Under the pieces are notes generated by a model, which was not told where the DNA came from, did not search any database, and saw nothing but the letters and a program-made list of their open reading frames with translations. A stretch of DNA of 64,000 nt from an uncultured Methylomirabilota bacterium (GTDB taxonomy: Bacteria > Methylomirabilota > Methylomirabilia > Methylomirabilales > 2-02-FULL-66-22). A program made the translations under genes and the position numbers. Of the stretch, positions 1 through 9,725 are shown one piece after another. The stretch lies in NCBI GenBank assembly GCA_963845565.1, contig CAWJSJ010000002.1:64001-128000 (forward strand). Reading direction: 5' to 3'. Position 1 is the stretch's first letter. Each line of letters opens with the position of its first letter.

Positions 1-428
1 CGTCCGCCGGGGCTCGAGGCGTCGGGTGAGTTGCGCTCCGGCATGTGTCGCAAGACCTCGCGCGTCACGTAGTAGGCTCCGAGCACCGTGGAGTCGAGCA
101 CCGCGCGCCAGCCGGTATCATCGTCCGATGCGATCGGGATCCGCGCGTTGATCCCGGCGTTGTTCACCAGGATATGAATCCGGCCCCAGCGCGCCACGAT
201 CACTTGGACCAGGTTGCGGACGTCGGCGGCATTCGTCACGTCCGCCCGGAACCCCAGCGCGCGGCCGTCCCCCGGCGAGATCTCATCGCCCGCCATGCGG
301 ACCGCGTCCGCGTTCCGGGAGCAGAGGGCGACCTTGGCGCCCTCCCGGGCCAGCGCCCGTGCGATCGCCTTGCCGATCCCCCGGCTGGATCCCGTGACCA
401 GCGCCACCCGATCTTGCAGGATTCCCAT
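1..428 (-). CDS. SDR family NAD(P)-dependent oxidoreductase (runs off window edge)
   Basis: Manual translation MGILQDRVALVTGSSRGIGKAIA...ILVNNAG has TGxxxGxG and NNAG motifs; GAGGAGG RBS upstream; not in ORF track because truncated. Confidence 0.9.
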   Translation of the reverse strand, partial: MGILQDRVALVTGSSRGIGKAIARALAREGAKVALCSRNADAVRMAGDEISPGDGRALGFRADVTNAADVRNLVQVIVARWGRIHILVNNAGINARIPIASDDDTGWRAVLDSTVLGAYYVTREVLRHMPERNSPDASSPGG

Positions 429-475
429 GTCGCCTCCTCAGCGCGGGCCGGCGGCGGCCGATCTGAAACCGATAA

Positions 476-1018
476 TCACCACGCGACCTCCGGGATGCCC
501 GCGCGGGCGTTGGCCGACCGCGCCAGGACGAAAAGGAGGTCGGAAAGGCGGTTGAGATACGCCAGGAAGACCGACGGCACCTCCTCTTGCGCCGCCAGTG
601 CGACCAGCCGGCGTTCCGCCCGTCGGCACACCGTCCTGGCTAGATGCAGCCGTGCCCCCGCCTCGCCCCCTCCGGGAAGGAGGAACGTCTTCAGGGCCGG
701 AAGCGCCTCTTCGGCCGCATCGATGGCCGCCTCCAGTGCGGTCACCTGCTCCTCCGGAAAGGTCGTCTTGTCGGGGGTGGCCGCCCCACCGGCACGGACA
801 TCGGCAATTCGGGCGCTCAAGGCGAACAGATCCCGCTGGATTCGGGTCACGAGGTCGGCGGTGCCGGTATCACCGAGGCAGACGGCGGCGAGACCCAGGC
901 ACGCGTTCAACTCGTCGATCTCCCCATACGCCTCCACCCGCAAGGCGCTCTTGCGGACCCGCGCCCCGCCGAGCAGCCCCGTCTCGCCCGCATCCCCTGT
1001 CCTCGTGTAGATCTTCAC
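476..1018 (-). CDS. PduO-type cob(I)alamin adenosyltransferase
   Basis: KIYTRTGDAGETGL, EAYGEIDELN, ARTVCRRAER, YLNRLSDLLF motifs; GTG start after GGAGG. Confidence 0.93.
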   Translation of the reverse strand: MKIYTRTGDAGETGLLGGARVRKSALRVEAYGEIDELNACLGLAAVCLGDTGTADLVTRIQRDLFALSARIADVRAGGAATPDKTTFPEEQVTALEAAIDAAEEALPALKTFLLPGGGEAGARLHLARTVCRRAERRLVALAAQEEVPSVFLAYLNRLSDLLFVLARSANARAGIPEVAW

Positions 1019-1088
1019 CCACAACCTCCGATTCGTGCGATTTGGACAAAACGAGTGCCCGGATGGACAAGGGATTTCGTAGCGGCCC

Positions 1089-1943
1089 CTAATTCCACGC
1101 GACGACCCGCTGGCGCAGCGTGCGCAGGTGCTCCCGGATCACCTCGCTGTCCTCTGCCTGGGGGGCCAATCGCAGGTACCGCTCCAGATCGGCGCTCGCC
1201 TCGGCGTAGCGCTTGACCTGGAACGAGAGCAGGCCGCGGTCTCGGATCTCGCCGGCCGCATTCGGGTGCAGGATCACAAGGCGGTCCGCGATCGACAGCG
1301 CCTTGCCGTACTCCTGATTGTTGAAATAGATCGCCTTCAGATTGGTGAGCATCCGCGCCAGGATCTGCCGCGTTCCGACCGCGGTCAGCATCTGCGGCTC
1401 GAAACAGAGCTTGCCGTCGAAGATCCGATCCAGGATCTGCTGGCAGTCGGCAGCCGAGAGGATCCCGCCGCCGCCGAACGGGTCGATGACGAGCTCCTCG
1501 TCCGGCCCCACGTATTTGACCAGGAAATGGCCGGGCATCCCCACACCCTGCACGCTGAGGCCGATCCGGCGGCCCACTTCCAGGTAGACGGCGGAGAGGG
1601 TAATGGGGATACCTATGCGCCGGTCCAGCACCTCGTTCAGGAAGCTGTTACGCGGATCGTAGTAGTGGTCGGCGTTTCCCCGAAAGCCCAGCTGCCCGAA
1701 CAGATACTCGCCCAGGGCAGCGATCAGCCGATGCGGATCGTGGCGGCCGCCTGCCGACGCCTGCACCGCGGCCCCCATCCGGTCCAGCCGGGCCAGGTAC
1801 TCCGTGACGTCCAGGTCGGGGTATTCTTCCTTGGCGATGAGAAGCGTGGCCTCTGCCAGGTCAATGGCCGCGTCGGGCCGCCTGACCAGCTCGGCGAAGG
1901 CGAGCCGACAGGGTGGTGGCGTCTCGTCAGAACGTTTGGCCAT
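1089..1943 (-). CDS. SirB1/transglutaminase-like protein with C-terminal TPR
   Basis: GFRGNADHYYDPRNSFLNEVLDRRIGIPITL, PGHFLV, IDPF, EIRDRGLL motifs. Confidence 0.88.
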   Translation of the reverse strand: MAKRSDETPPPCRLAFAELVRRPDAAIDLAEATLLIAKEEYPDLDVTEYLARLDRMGAAVQASAGGRHDPHRLIAALGEYLFGQLGFRGNADHYYDPRNSFLNEVLDRRIGIPITLSAVYLEVGRRIGLSVQGVGMPGHFLVKYVGPDEELVIDPFGGGGILSAADCQQILDRIFDGKLCFEPQMLTAVGTRQILARMLTNLKAIYFNNQEYGKALSIADRLVILHPNAAGEIRDRGLLSFQVKRYAEASADLERYLRLAPQAEDSEVIREHLRTLRQRVVAWN

Positions 1944-2024
1944 AGTTGCGTATCTGCCCCCCCAAAACGATCAGGCGCTTCTTCCTTGCCGTTCGGCGCT
2001 GTCTCTGGCATGCTCGCGGAACGT

Positions 2025-2873
2025 ATGATTCCACCGATTCGAACAATGCTCTGGCGTGTACCCCTGCTCGTGATCGTTGGCGTAGCGGGGATCCTGGGGA
2101 CCGTCATGATCCTGGGGTTGGAGAAATACTTGCTCTATTTTCCCGAGCGGACCCTGGAAGCCACACCGCAGGCCGACGGCCTGGCGTACGAGGAGGTCTG
2201 GTTTCCGGCATCCGACGGCGTCAGGCTGCACGGCTGGATGGTCCCCGCGCCCGGAGCGCGCACGACGCTGCTCTGGTTTCACGGCAATGCCGGGAACATC
2301 GGCGACCGCGTGCACAATCTCGGCTACCTGCACCGCCTGCTCCGGGCCAACGTTTTCATCTTCGACTATCGCGGGTACGGGAGAAGCGACGGGGGCCGCT
2401 TCGATCTCTCCGAAGAGGCGACCTACCGGGACGGCGCGGGCGCCGTCGCCTATCTCCGCTCTCGGGCCGATGTCGCCGGCACCCGTTTGGTCTACTTCGG
2501 CCGCTCCCTCGGGGCTGCCATCGCCGTCGAGTTGGCGCGCAAAGATCCCCCCGCCGGCCTGATCCTGGAGACGACCTTCACCACGCTCAAGGACATCGCC
2601 CGGGTGCACTATCCGTATGTGCCCCTGTGTTGCCTGCGCACCAAATACGACTCGCTGCGCAAGATGTCGGAAATCCGCGTCCCGCTCCTCATCTTGCACG
2701 GCGACTCCGACGAGGTGGTGCCGCTCGAGCAGGCCCACCGGCTCTACGCCGCAGCCAACGAGCCCAAGCGCCTCCACGTCATCCGCGGTGCCCACCACAA
2801 CGACACCTTCGTGGTGGGGGGAAGCGCGTACTTTGAGGTGTGGGCGCGCTTCCTGGGATCGCTGGAGCCGTAG
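2025..2873 (+). CDS. Alpha/beta hydrolase (ABHD13/17-like) with N-terminal membrane anchor
   Basis: FHGNAGN, DYRGYG, GRSLG nucleophile elbow, HGDSDEVV, GAHHND triad; start could be 2025 or 2046. Confidence 0.88.
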   Translation: MIPPIRTMLWRVPLLVIVGVAGILGTVMILGLEKYLLYFPERTLEATPQADGLAYEEVWFPASDGVRLHGWMVPAPGARTTLLWFHGNAGNIGDRVHNLGYLHRLLRANVFIFDYRGYGRSDGGRFDLSEEATYRDGAGAVAYLRSRADVAGTRLVYFGRSLGAAIAVELARKDPPAGLILETTFTTLKDIARVHYPYVPLCCLRTKYDSLRKMSEIRVPLLILHGDSDEVVPLEQAHRLYAAANEPKRLHVIRGAHHNDTFVVGGSAYFEVWARFLGSLEP

Positions 2874-3006
2874 GCGTTTTTCTTATACCATGCTAAGGAA
2901 GTCCTGCAAAGGTGGCCTGCGACCCCCAGGACGTGGTACACTGCGGTCGCTCCGGGGAATGCTCCCCGGCCTGGCTGGCGCGCGGCGAGACGCTGTCGGG
3001 TGCCCC

Positions 3007-3234
3007 ATGAAGCTGGAGTTCACGAATAACGCACTGGCGCGAATGCTGGAGCGCGGGGTCGGCGAGGCCGAGGTCCGGGCGGCCCTCGAGGCGCCGGATC
3101 ACCTGGGTCCCTGGCTCGAGAAGTGCTGGCACGCGAAGAAGCGATTGGAGGCGCGCACCCTCACCGTCATCTTCACCCGCGATCTCGTCCAGACACAGAT
3201 CCTCACCGCCTATTGGCAGGACGTGCCCTCATGA
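3007..3234 (+). CDS. DUF4258-like putative toxin (RelE-like fold)
   Basis: MKLEFTNNALARMLERGV...ILTAYW pattern; ATGA overlap with downstream DUF2283 gene. Confidence 0.65.
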   Translation: MKLEFTNNALARMLERGVGEAEVRAALEAPDHLGPWLEKCWHAKKRLEARTLTVIFTRDLVQTQILTAYWQDVPS

Positions 3235-3458
3235 GGATCAGCTACGACCAAAAAGCCGATGCCTTGTACATCAAGTTCCAGGATGGGAGCGTCGCCCGCA
3301 CCCGGAAGGTCGAAGAGGGGATGCTGGTGGACGTGGACGAGAACGGCCGTCTTTTCGGGATCGAGATCATCGGGATGAAGGGCCGTATCCCGATCCCGGA
3401 GCTCGGCCGGATCATCCTGGACCTGCCCCTCGGCGGCACCGAGCCCGCCCGCGCTTGA
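3231..3458 (+). CDS. DUF2283-like putative antitoxin
   Basis: MRISYDQKADALYIKF...VDVDENGRLFGIEI is the DUF2283 pattern. Confidence 0.8.
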   Translation: MRISYDQKADALYIKFQDGSVARTRKVEEGMLVDVDENGRLFGIEIIGMKGRIPIPELGRIILDLPLGGTEPARA

Positions 3459-3471
3459 CCGGTTGGCAACC

Positions 3472-3551
3472 GGTCGATTGGTCGATTGGTCGATTCGAAA
3501 AAGCCCCGGCCGCACGACTCGTCGACCAGTCGACATCTTGACCAATCGACT
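3472..3551. repeat. Short GGTCGATT tandem repeats with inverted copies between convergent genes
   Basis: ggtcgatt x3 at ~3472-3495; inverse gaccagtcgac and gaccaatcgac at ~3524-3550. Confidence 0.5.
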
Positions 3552-4467
3552 AATTGCGCCGCAGCCCGCGGACGACCTCCGCAATGGCCTTGATGTGGGC
3601 CGGCGTGCTGCCGCAGCAGGCGCCGACGATCCGGGCCCCGGCGGCGACAATCGCCGGGAACGCGCCGGCCATGGCCTCGGGAGTCAGATCGTAGATCGTC
3701 TTGTCGCCCACCACCTTCGGAATCCCCGCATTGGGATACGCGGCGAGGAACGCCGGCGTCGCCGTCCGCATCTCGGCCAAGATGGCCGGTACCCGGCCCG
3801 GCCCGCCGTCGCCGCAGTTACAGGCGACGACGTCGGCGCCGGCGGCCGCGAGTGCGGCTGCCGCGTCTGCCGGGCTTGTCCCCCACATCGTCCGATCGAC
3901 GCCCTTGGCGGCGTTGTACTGGAACGTCATGCTGCACAGCACCGGCAAACCGGTGGCCTCTTTGGCGGCCTTGATGGCCAGCACCGCCTCGTCCGGAATC
4001 ATCATGGTCTCGATGGCGAACAGATCCACTCCGCCGTCGGCCAGCGCCAACGCTTGCTCCCGGAAGCTCTCGTAGAAGAGCTCCGCCGGCGTGTCCCCTA
4101 ACGGCTCGAAGGTGTCTGGCAGGTGGCCAGTGGGCCCGATGGACCCGGCCACGAAGCGACCCGGCGGGCAGACGGACCGCGCCAGCTTGGCCCCCTTCTC
4201 GTTGAGTTCTCGGCACCCATCCTCGAGGCCGTAGGCCTTCAGCTTGAGGCGGGTGCCGCCGAAGGTGTTGGTCTCCACCAGGTCGCTCCCCGCTTCGAAA
4301 TAGGCCCGGTGAACACCCTGGAGCACTTCCGGCCGCTCGGCGTTCCAGAGTTCCGGGCACGCCCCGGGCGTCAGCCCGGCCGCGAAGAGCATCGTCCCCA
4401 TGGCCCCGTCCAGGACCAACACCTCCGACCGTAGTCGCTCCAGCAGGACTTTCCCTTGAGACTCCAT
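3550..4467 (-). CDS. Homocysteine S-methyltransferase family protein (stand-alone MetH Hcy-binding domain)
   Basis: LDGAMGT, ETNTFG, VAGSIGP, ACNC, YPNAG, GACCG Zn-binding motifs. Confidence 0.92.
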   Translation of the reverse strand: MESQGKVLLERLRSEVLVLDGAMGTMLFAAGLTPGACPELWNAERPEVLQGVHRAYFEAGSDLVETNTFGGTRLKLKAYGLEDGCRELNEKGAKLARSVCPPGRFVAGSIGPTGHLPDTFEPLGDTPAELFYESFREQALALADGGVDLFAIETMMIPDEAVLAIKAAKEATGLPVLCSMTFQYNAAKGVDRTMWGTSPADAAAALAAAGADVVACNCGDGGPGRVPAILAEMRTATPAFLAAYPNAGIPKVVGDKTIYDLTPEAMAGAFPAIVAAGARIVGACCGSTPAHIKAIAEVVRGLRRN

Positions 4468-4747
4468 GGCACTCCCGCTCCTTCCGTTGTGTCGAAGGGT
4501 TCAATCCGTCGAACAGGCGACCCCGGGGTTCCGACCTCGAAATGGCCTCGCGAACCCATTGGCGAATCCGCCGATTGCCTGCGCTCCCGCCGGTCGGCTC
4601 TTTCTATCGCAAGGGTATGGGCCAGACAAGCGGAATCCTTTGCCCGGCCAGCCAATTCCGACTTTTTTCTTGCGTGGCGCCGTCGCAGGCCGTATTACTC
4701 TGCCTCCGGCCGTCGATCCGACCATCGCAATCCATCGGAGGTGCCGC

Positions 4748-5719
4748 ATGGGATTCCTCGTCATTCACACCGATCCCCATCATACCGATTTCCGTCACGA
4801 GCAGGCCGAACTGGACGCCATTGGGGCAACCCTGCGCCCCCTCAACGTGACCTCCGAGGCCGAGGTGGCTGCCGCGTGCCGCGATGCCGACGCGCTTCTT
4901 GTGACCTACGCGAAGATTGGAAAAGTGGCCCTGGCGGGTATGCCGAAGCTGAAGATCGTCGTCCGGACCGGCGTGGGGTACGATTCGCTGGATGTGCCGG
5001 CCGCCACCGAACGGAAGGTCATGGTGGCCAACGTGCCGGATTACTGCATCAGCGACCTGGCGGAGCATACCATGGCGCTGCTCCTGACCTGGTGGCGGCG
5101 AACCGCCGAACTGGACCAGCAGGTGCGCACAGAGGGCTGGGGGCGTCCTCTCAAGCCGGTCTATCGCCTCGAGGGGAAGACGCTGGGCATCCTGGGGATG
5201 GGACGGATGGGGCAGGCCGTTGCCGCGCGCGCGCGAGGGTTCGGCCTGAAGCTCGTCGGCTACGACCCGTACACCCCCTCGGCGGCGTTCGCGGCCGTCG
5301 GCGTGGAGCCGGTCAGCTTGGACAGCCTGCTCCGCACCTCCGATATCGTGACGATTCATGCCCTCTTGAGCGCGGAGACGCGCGGGATCATCTGCCAGAA
5401 GACCCTCCGGCAGATGAAGCCCACGGCGCTGATCGTCAACACGGCGCGGGGCGGCCTGATTGTCACCGATGATCTGGTGCGCGCCCTGGAGGAGCGCTGG
5501 ATCGCCGGTGCGGCCCTGGATGTGACGGAGCCGGAGCCGCTGCCGATGGGCCACCCCCTCCGGAACCTCCCCCGCGTACTCGTGACCCCGCACGCCGCCT
5601 GGTACTCGGAGGAGGCGGAGCCCGAGTTGCGTCGGCGAGCCGCGCGGACGATCGTGGAGGCCCTGCGCGGCGAGCGGCCCGCGTCGCTGTTGAATCCGGA
5701 AGTGCTGGCCGCGAAATAG
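4748..5719 (+). CDS. D-isomer-specific 2-hydroxyacid dehydrogenase (CtBP/SerA-like)
   Basis: GVGYD, NVPDY, GMGRMG, NTARG, ALDV..EP, TPHAAWYS; GGAGG RBS. Confidence 0.92.
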   Translation: MGFLVIHTDPHHTDFRHEQAELDAIGATLRPLNVTSEAEVAAACRDADALLVTYAKIGKVALAGMPKLKIVVRTGVGYDSLDVPAATERKVMVANVPDYCISDLAEHTMALLLTWWRRTAELDQQVRTEGWGRPLKPVYRLEGKTLGILGMGRMGQAVAARARGFGLKLVGYDPYTPSAAFAAVGVEPVSLDSLLRTSDIVTIHALLSAETRGIICQKTLRQMKPTALIVNTARGGLIVTDDLVRALEERWIAGAALDVTEPEPLPMGHPLRNLPRVLVTPHAAWYSEEAEPELRRRAARTIVEALRGERPASLLNPEVLAAK

Positions 5720-5759
5720 AAGAGACGGCACGTGCTGCCGCACGGTGGGGTGGAACGGC

Positions 5760-6065
5760 TCACGAGGAAGCGGTTTCGTACTCCGCCGGAGAGAGAAACC
5801 GACCGCCCTGGCACTCTTGGCTCTGGATCCGGTACGCGCTGTCGAAGGTGATCTCGGCCGCCATCAGCCGAAAGCACTTGCTGTCCATGACCTCCTTGCG
5901 GACGTAGTAGCCTCCGTCCTCCCGCACGCTGATGTCATGGCGCCGGTCCAACCGGACGTGGACCCTGGCCTTGCACCGCTCGCACTCCACGTAGATGTGG
6001 ATAGCGTCGTCACCCGTGCCGCCCTGTCCGCCGAACAGCGAGCCTAGCTTGCCGAGAAGTCCCAT
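5760..6065 (-). CDS. Small hypothetical protein with CxxC...C putative metal site
   Basis: MGLLGKLGSLFGG...ECERCK...DSKCF; GGAGGAG RBS. Confidence 0.7.
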   Translation of the reverse strand: MGLLGKLGSLFGGQGGTGDDAIHIYVECERCKARVHVRLDRRHDISVREDGGYYVRKEVMDSKCFRLMAAEITFDSAYRIQSQECQGGRFLSPAEYETASS

Positions 6066-6118
6066 CGCCCACTCCTCCGGGTGTATCCCCCCGTAAACGC
6101 ACTGTGCGGCGTGCCGGG

Positions 6119-6283
6119 TAATCCCCAGACGACACCATACCCCAGGCCGTTCTTGGGGACAAGTCCGATATGGACGGTGCACAACCTGTGGATGACACCC
6201 CCGCAGGCTGTGGAGGACCGCCCGGTCACCTGTGGAAAACCGTGGGCGGCTCCAGCTCTTTCTTGGGGATATGCTGTGGACAC
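6119..6283. promoter_or_regulatory. Cluster of DnaA-box-like 9-mers
   Basis: TGTGGAAAA 6231-6239 (perfect TTWTNCACA reverse), TGTGGATGA 6187, TGTGGAGGA 6209, TGTGGACAC 6275, TGGGGACAA 6154, TGGGGATAT 6264, TAATCCCCA 6119. Confidence 0.6.
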
Positions 6284-6312
6284 GCCGCAGGGCGCCCACC
6301 GGGTCGGGGGTC

Positions 6313-7587
6313 TCAGGCGACCCGATGGAGCGTGGCATCGAGCGCCTTCCGACGGCGGACCAGGTCCTCGACCCGCTCGCGGACGTGCCGCCCGATGCCC
6401 CCGCGATCTCGCACCCAGTCGGCCAGGAGCTCTGCCTCCCACGCCTGCCAATGGGCTTGCACAACCGGCGTGAGACGCACGGGGTCCGCCATCACGACGT
6501 CGCCGAGCGCCTTCATCATCCACCAGAGCGAATCGTGCCCGGCACAGCCCATCCCGTGTGTTAGAAGATCCGGAAGGGGCTCCCCGAACGGCAGCGGAAT
6601 GAACGCCCCGGTGCAGGGCGTGCCCATGCTGCACCACAACGTCATGGGGACCGCGGGGTCTTCGGGCAGCTCGGCGATCAGACTCGCGGCCGTCGCAGAG
6701 ACCCCGGGATTCGGATGCATGCAGACCGACCAGCCCAATGGATCCCCATCCCGCCGGCCGGGGACGTGGACCGTCCCTCCGTCATGGTGATCGCGCAGGT
6801 GGCGCATCAGAGAGGACACGCCGGGCTGCCCCTCCTCGGCGAGGAACCGACAGCTTGCGCGAAGCCGCGCCTCGGCTCGATAACGCAGGTCCGGATTCTC
6901 GACGGTTCGCCGAAAATCCGGCCGGACCTCGTCGGCCGCCACCCGCTCGGGGCCTGCCGCCAGCGCCTCGACGCCTTCGGAGATTGCGTCCCAGTCGTCC
7001 CCGATCGTGTAGAGGTTGGAGATGGCCCCGCGACCGCGCACCCGTTTGGCGGCCCAGTGCCGGCCGCAAGTCTCCAGGGTCCAGGCCTCCGCCGGATCGG
7101 CGATGATGAAGCCGTTGTGATACCGCCGGTCGCCATCGACGCTGGCGCTCCCGCCCTGGCCGTGCTGCGCCAGGAGGCCGGTGATCACCTGCAATGCCTC
7201 GTGCGCCGTCCGCCCCCGTTCCAGCCCCAGCCGGACCAGATCCATGCCCAGGAGGCCCTCCGGGCCCGGCGCTTCCCGCGCATGCAGCGCCTCGTTGCCG
7301 ATGGCCACCCGGCACTCGTTGACTCCGTGCTCGAAGCCCCAGAGCCACCAGGGGCGGCTCCCGACAACGGCGAGCGTCTCCTCTGCCTGCGGGATCTCCA
7401 GGTACTGGCAGCGGACCGTGGCCCGCACCGGATGGCGCCGGCGGGGCGCCTGGAACAGCGGCTGGCACTCGGTTGGCGGCCGGTCGCTGTTCTTCGCGAA
7501 CAGCGTGTGGCCGTCTCGGGTCTCTTTCCCCAGAATGACCAGCGTGTCGCAACTGGTGTCGGTCTCTTCTTCCGGATCCGCCCGCAT
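6313..7587 (-). CDS. Peptidase C69 family (secernin/dipeptidase-like)
   Basis: N-terminal SCDT nucleophile, FAKNSDR, GFEHGVNE, GMDLVRLGLER motifs. Confidence 0.88.
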   Translation of the reverse strand: MRADPEEETDTSCDTLVILGKETRDGHTLFAKNSDRPPTECQPLFQAPRRRHPVRATVRCQYLEIPQAEETLAVVGSRPWWLWGFEHGVNECRVAIGNEALHAREAPGPEGLLGMDLVRLGLERGRTAHEALQVITGLLAQHGQGGSASVDGDRRYHNGFIIADPAEAWTLETCGRHWAAKRVRGRGAISNLYTIGDDWDAISEGVEALAAGPERVAADEVRPDFRRTVENPDLRYRAEARLRASCRFLAEEGQPGVSSLMRHLRDHHDGGTVHVPGRRDGDPLGWSVCMHPNPGVSATAASLIAELPEDPAVPMTLWCSMGTPCTGAFIPLPFGEPLPDLLTHGMGCAGHDSLWWMMKALGDVVMADPVRLTPVVQAHWQAWEAELLADWVRDRGGIGRHVRERVEDLVRRRKALDATLHRVA

Positions 7588-7652
7588 CGCACCACCCCGG
7601 TTTCCGTTGCTGGCCGCTCACCTCCGTTGCGGTTCTCCCCGCGCGGCTTCGA

Positions 7653-8090
7653 CTATTCCACCACAAACGTCATCGGGGTGGCGTTGTGGATGTTGTCGGA
7701 GACGGGACAGCGCAGGTCGACCTCGTGGAGGAAGGCTTCCTTCTCCTCCTTCGTCATGTCGGCGTCCATCTTCACCGTCACGGTGATGCCGCCAAAGCCG
7801 GAGGGTTGACCCGGATTGCGCCCCATCAGGCCCTCGACGTTCAGCTCTCCGGCGACCTTCACGTCCATCGACCGGAGGTTGATCCGCTTCTGCTTGGCCG
7901 CGATCCGCGCGATGGTGCCGATACATCCCGCCAGCGAGAGGAAAAAGTACTCGAGCGGCGTCGGTCCCGCGTCCTCGCCGCCACCCGTCTTCGGCTGGTC
8001 CACGACGAGGGTATGGTTCCCGATCTTGCTCTCGATCTTGAACCGATCGCCCAGATGCGCCTCAACTTGAACCTGCTTGATGGTGGCCAC
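7653..8090 (-). CDS. OsmC family protein
   Basis: DQP..GG.DAGPTP.E, SLAGC and RCPV two-Cys motifs; GGAGGAGG RBS. Confidence 0.92.
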   Translation of the reverse strand: MATIKQVQVEAHLGDRFKIESKIGNHTLVVDQPKTGGGEDAGPTPLEYFFLSLAGCIGTIARIAAKQKRINLRSMDVKVAGELNVEGLMGRNPGQPSGFGGITVTVKMDADMTKEEKEAFLHEVDLRCPVSDNIHNATPMTFVVE

Positions 8091-8159
8091 CGGAAACCTC
8101 CTCCGCAGTCAATAGGTGTGTGTTGGTACGCCTTCCGCACCCCTCCTATTTTCGGTACG

Positions 8160-8188
8160 AAGGTAACAGGTCCGTTCGACCTCGTCAA
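8160..8188 (-). promoter_or_regulatory. Putative sigma70 promoter for the OsmC gene
   Basis: TTGACG-N17-TACCTT on minus strand. Confidence 0.45.
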
Positions 8189-8478
8189 ATCACACCTTCG
8201 GAGCCCGCGGCCTTCGTTCCGGGTCCGACCGCCGGAGCGCCGCGGCAGAGTGCGCACGGCGCGAATGGCGCGGGGAAATAGAACCCACGGGGCATCCCTC
8301 CAGACGCCGCGAGGAGGCATCCCGTGACCCGGATGGCCTAGCCGTCGAAAAAGCTTACACCTTCGGACCCAGGGGCACGTTGGCACGCGATGGCCTGGTT
8401 TCCCTCCCGAAGCGGAACCTATCGTATTCACAGGGGTCGCCGTTCGACACTTGCCGACTCTTCATTTCGTGGTAAGGT

Positions 8479-8494
8479 AGGCACGCTCTATGCT
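8479..8494 (+). promoter_or_regulatory. Putative sigma54 (-24/-12) promoter
   Basis: AGGCACGCTCTATGCT = GG-N10-GC, upstream of 8663 ORF. Confidence 0.45.
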
Positions 8495-8662
8495 TTCTAT
8501 TGTGCGCTATGCCCCTCCCTGAGAGGGTGCGGTCCGCTCTGCCCGGCGGATCGTTTCGGCGAATAGACACCTTCACGGCTGCCAAGAGCCCAGCGGGTGG
8601 CCTGAGAGTCGTCAGAGCGACCGTACCCGAAACCCGGTTGGCGCCAACACGGGAGACCGAAC

Positions 8663-9010
8663 ATGCAAAGTGATCATCCATCTGCGTTATCGGCATTGGG
8701 GTTGGACGGCTTGGCCCCCGCACGCACGGCCGACCCCTCGGATTCGGCGCGGGAGGGACGGGAGCGGAAGCTGGTGGTCGTGGCACGAGATCAGTTCGAT
8801 CTGTGGTGGCAGCTGTCCCAAGCGCTGACCAAGGTGAACGAGGTCGAGGTCGTGCTGGACCGACGGCAGGGAGGCCGTTGGCAGTGGTCCGAGTCCCGGC
8901 AATACCAGGATCGTGGACGCGACCGCCGCGACTCGCCCAACGGCGAGAGTGACCTCTCGGGTCGGGCGTTTCGGGTTTTTCCGAGGCTCGCGCCGGTGTC
9001 GCACGGCTAG
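8663..9010 (+). CDS. Hypothetical protein (VVARDQ...EVVLDRR type)
   Basis: GGGAG RBS, protein-like composition, fills intergenic gap. Confidence 0.6.
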   Translation: MQSDHPSALSALGLDGLAPARTADPSDSAREGRERKLVVVARDQFDLWWQLSQALTKVNEVEVVLDRRQGGRWQWSESRQYQDRGRDRRDSPNGESDLSGRAFRVFPRLAPVSHG

Positions 9011-9154
9011 TCGGAACCGGCCGAGCAGTTTGGCGTTGCCACAAACCCCAAGGGGATCGCCTCTTGGGGTTTGCTATTACTCGGGAAGAATCCGGCGCGA
9101 GACGATGAATTGACATCGCATTCGTCAGGTGCCGTGCTCCGCGGTATGGATTTG

Positions 9155-9355
9155 TTAGCGGTCGGGGAGGATCGTCTTCACGCGGCCGACAACTCCGTCG
9201 ACCAGACGCACCTTGATGCCGTGAGGGTGGGTCGCCGACTTGGTAAGAATCTCGTGCACGATGCCTTCAGTCAGCTCCCCTGAACGCTGATCCTGTTTCC
9301 GGACAACCTGCACCCGGGTTCCCGGAGTGATGTCAGCCCGTGTCTTGCCGTCCAT
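9155..9355 (-). CDS. YwbE family (DUF2196) protein
   Basis: RKQDQRSGELTEGIV..ILTKSATHPHGIKVRL..G.VGRV. Confidence 0.88.
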   Translation of the reverse strand: MDGKTRADITPGTRVQVVRKQDQRSGELTEGIVHEILTKSATHPHGIKVRLVDGVVGRVKTILPDR

Positions 9356-9530
9356 CTGTCTGTAGTCTCTCGCCTGGCCGGTCCATCACACGACGCCCGC
9401 CGCGCCCTGTCGCTAGGCCTGTGCGGTGCGAGCGGACTCGCTAACTCGTTGCCAAAGTATAGGAGGTCGGCATCAGAAATCGAGCTGCGACGGGAATCGG
9501 CATGGGGTCGCACGCAACGCTTGTGTCCGA

Positions 9531-9644
9531 TTACGGGGTACTCTTCTGCTGCTTGTCTCGCTTTTCTTTCACTCTTTGGTCTTGTCGTTGCGTCATCTGT
9601 TTCTGGCTCTTTTGCTTGTCCTTCTTACCGCCCTTGTCTCCCAT
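9531..9644 (-). CDS. 37-aa Lys/Gln-rich small protein
   Basis: Manual translation MGDKGGKKDKQKSQKQMTQRQDQRVKEKRDKQQKSTP; GGAGAGGAG RBS; below ORF-track cutoff. Confidence 0.6.
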   Translation of the reverse strand: MGDKGGKKDKQKSQKQMTQRQDQRVKEKRDKQQKSTP

Positions 9645-9725
9645 CACGCGTCTCCTCTCCTGTTGCCGGCCATCGATTCACGTTTGGGGCGCTGGCGTAT
9701 GGTTTCTGCCGGACCCGGCCCGACG

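Noticed and set aside
4470..4745. SAM or cobalamin riboswitch upstream of the homocysteine methyltransferase
   Set aside because: No consensus elements recognised
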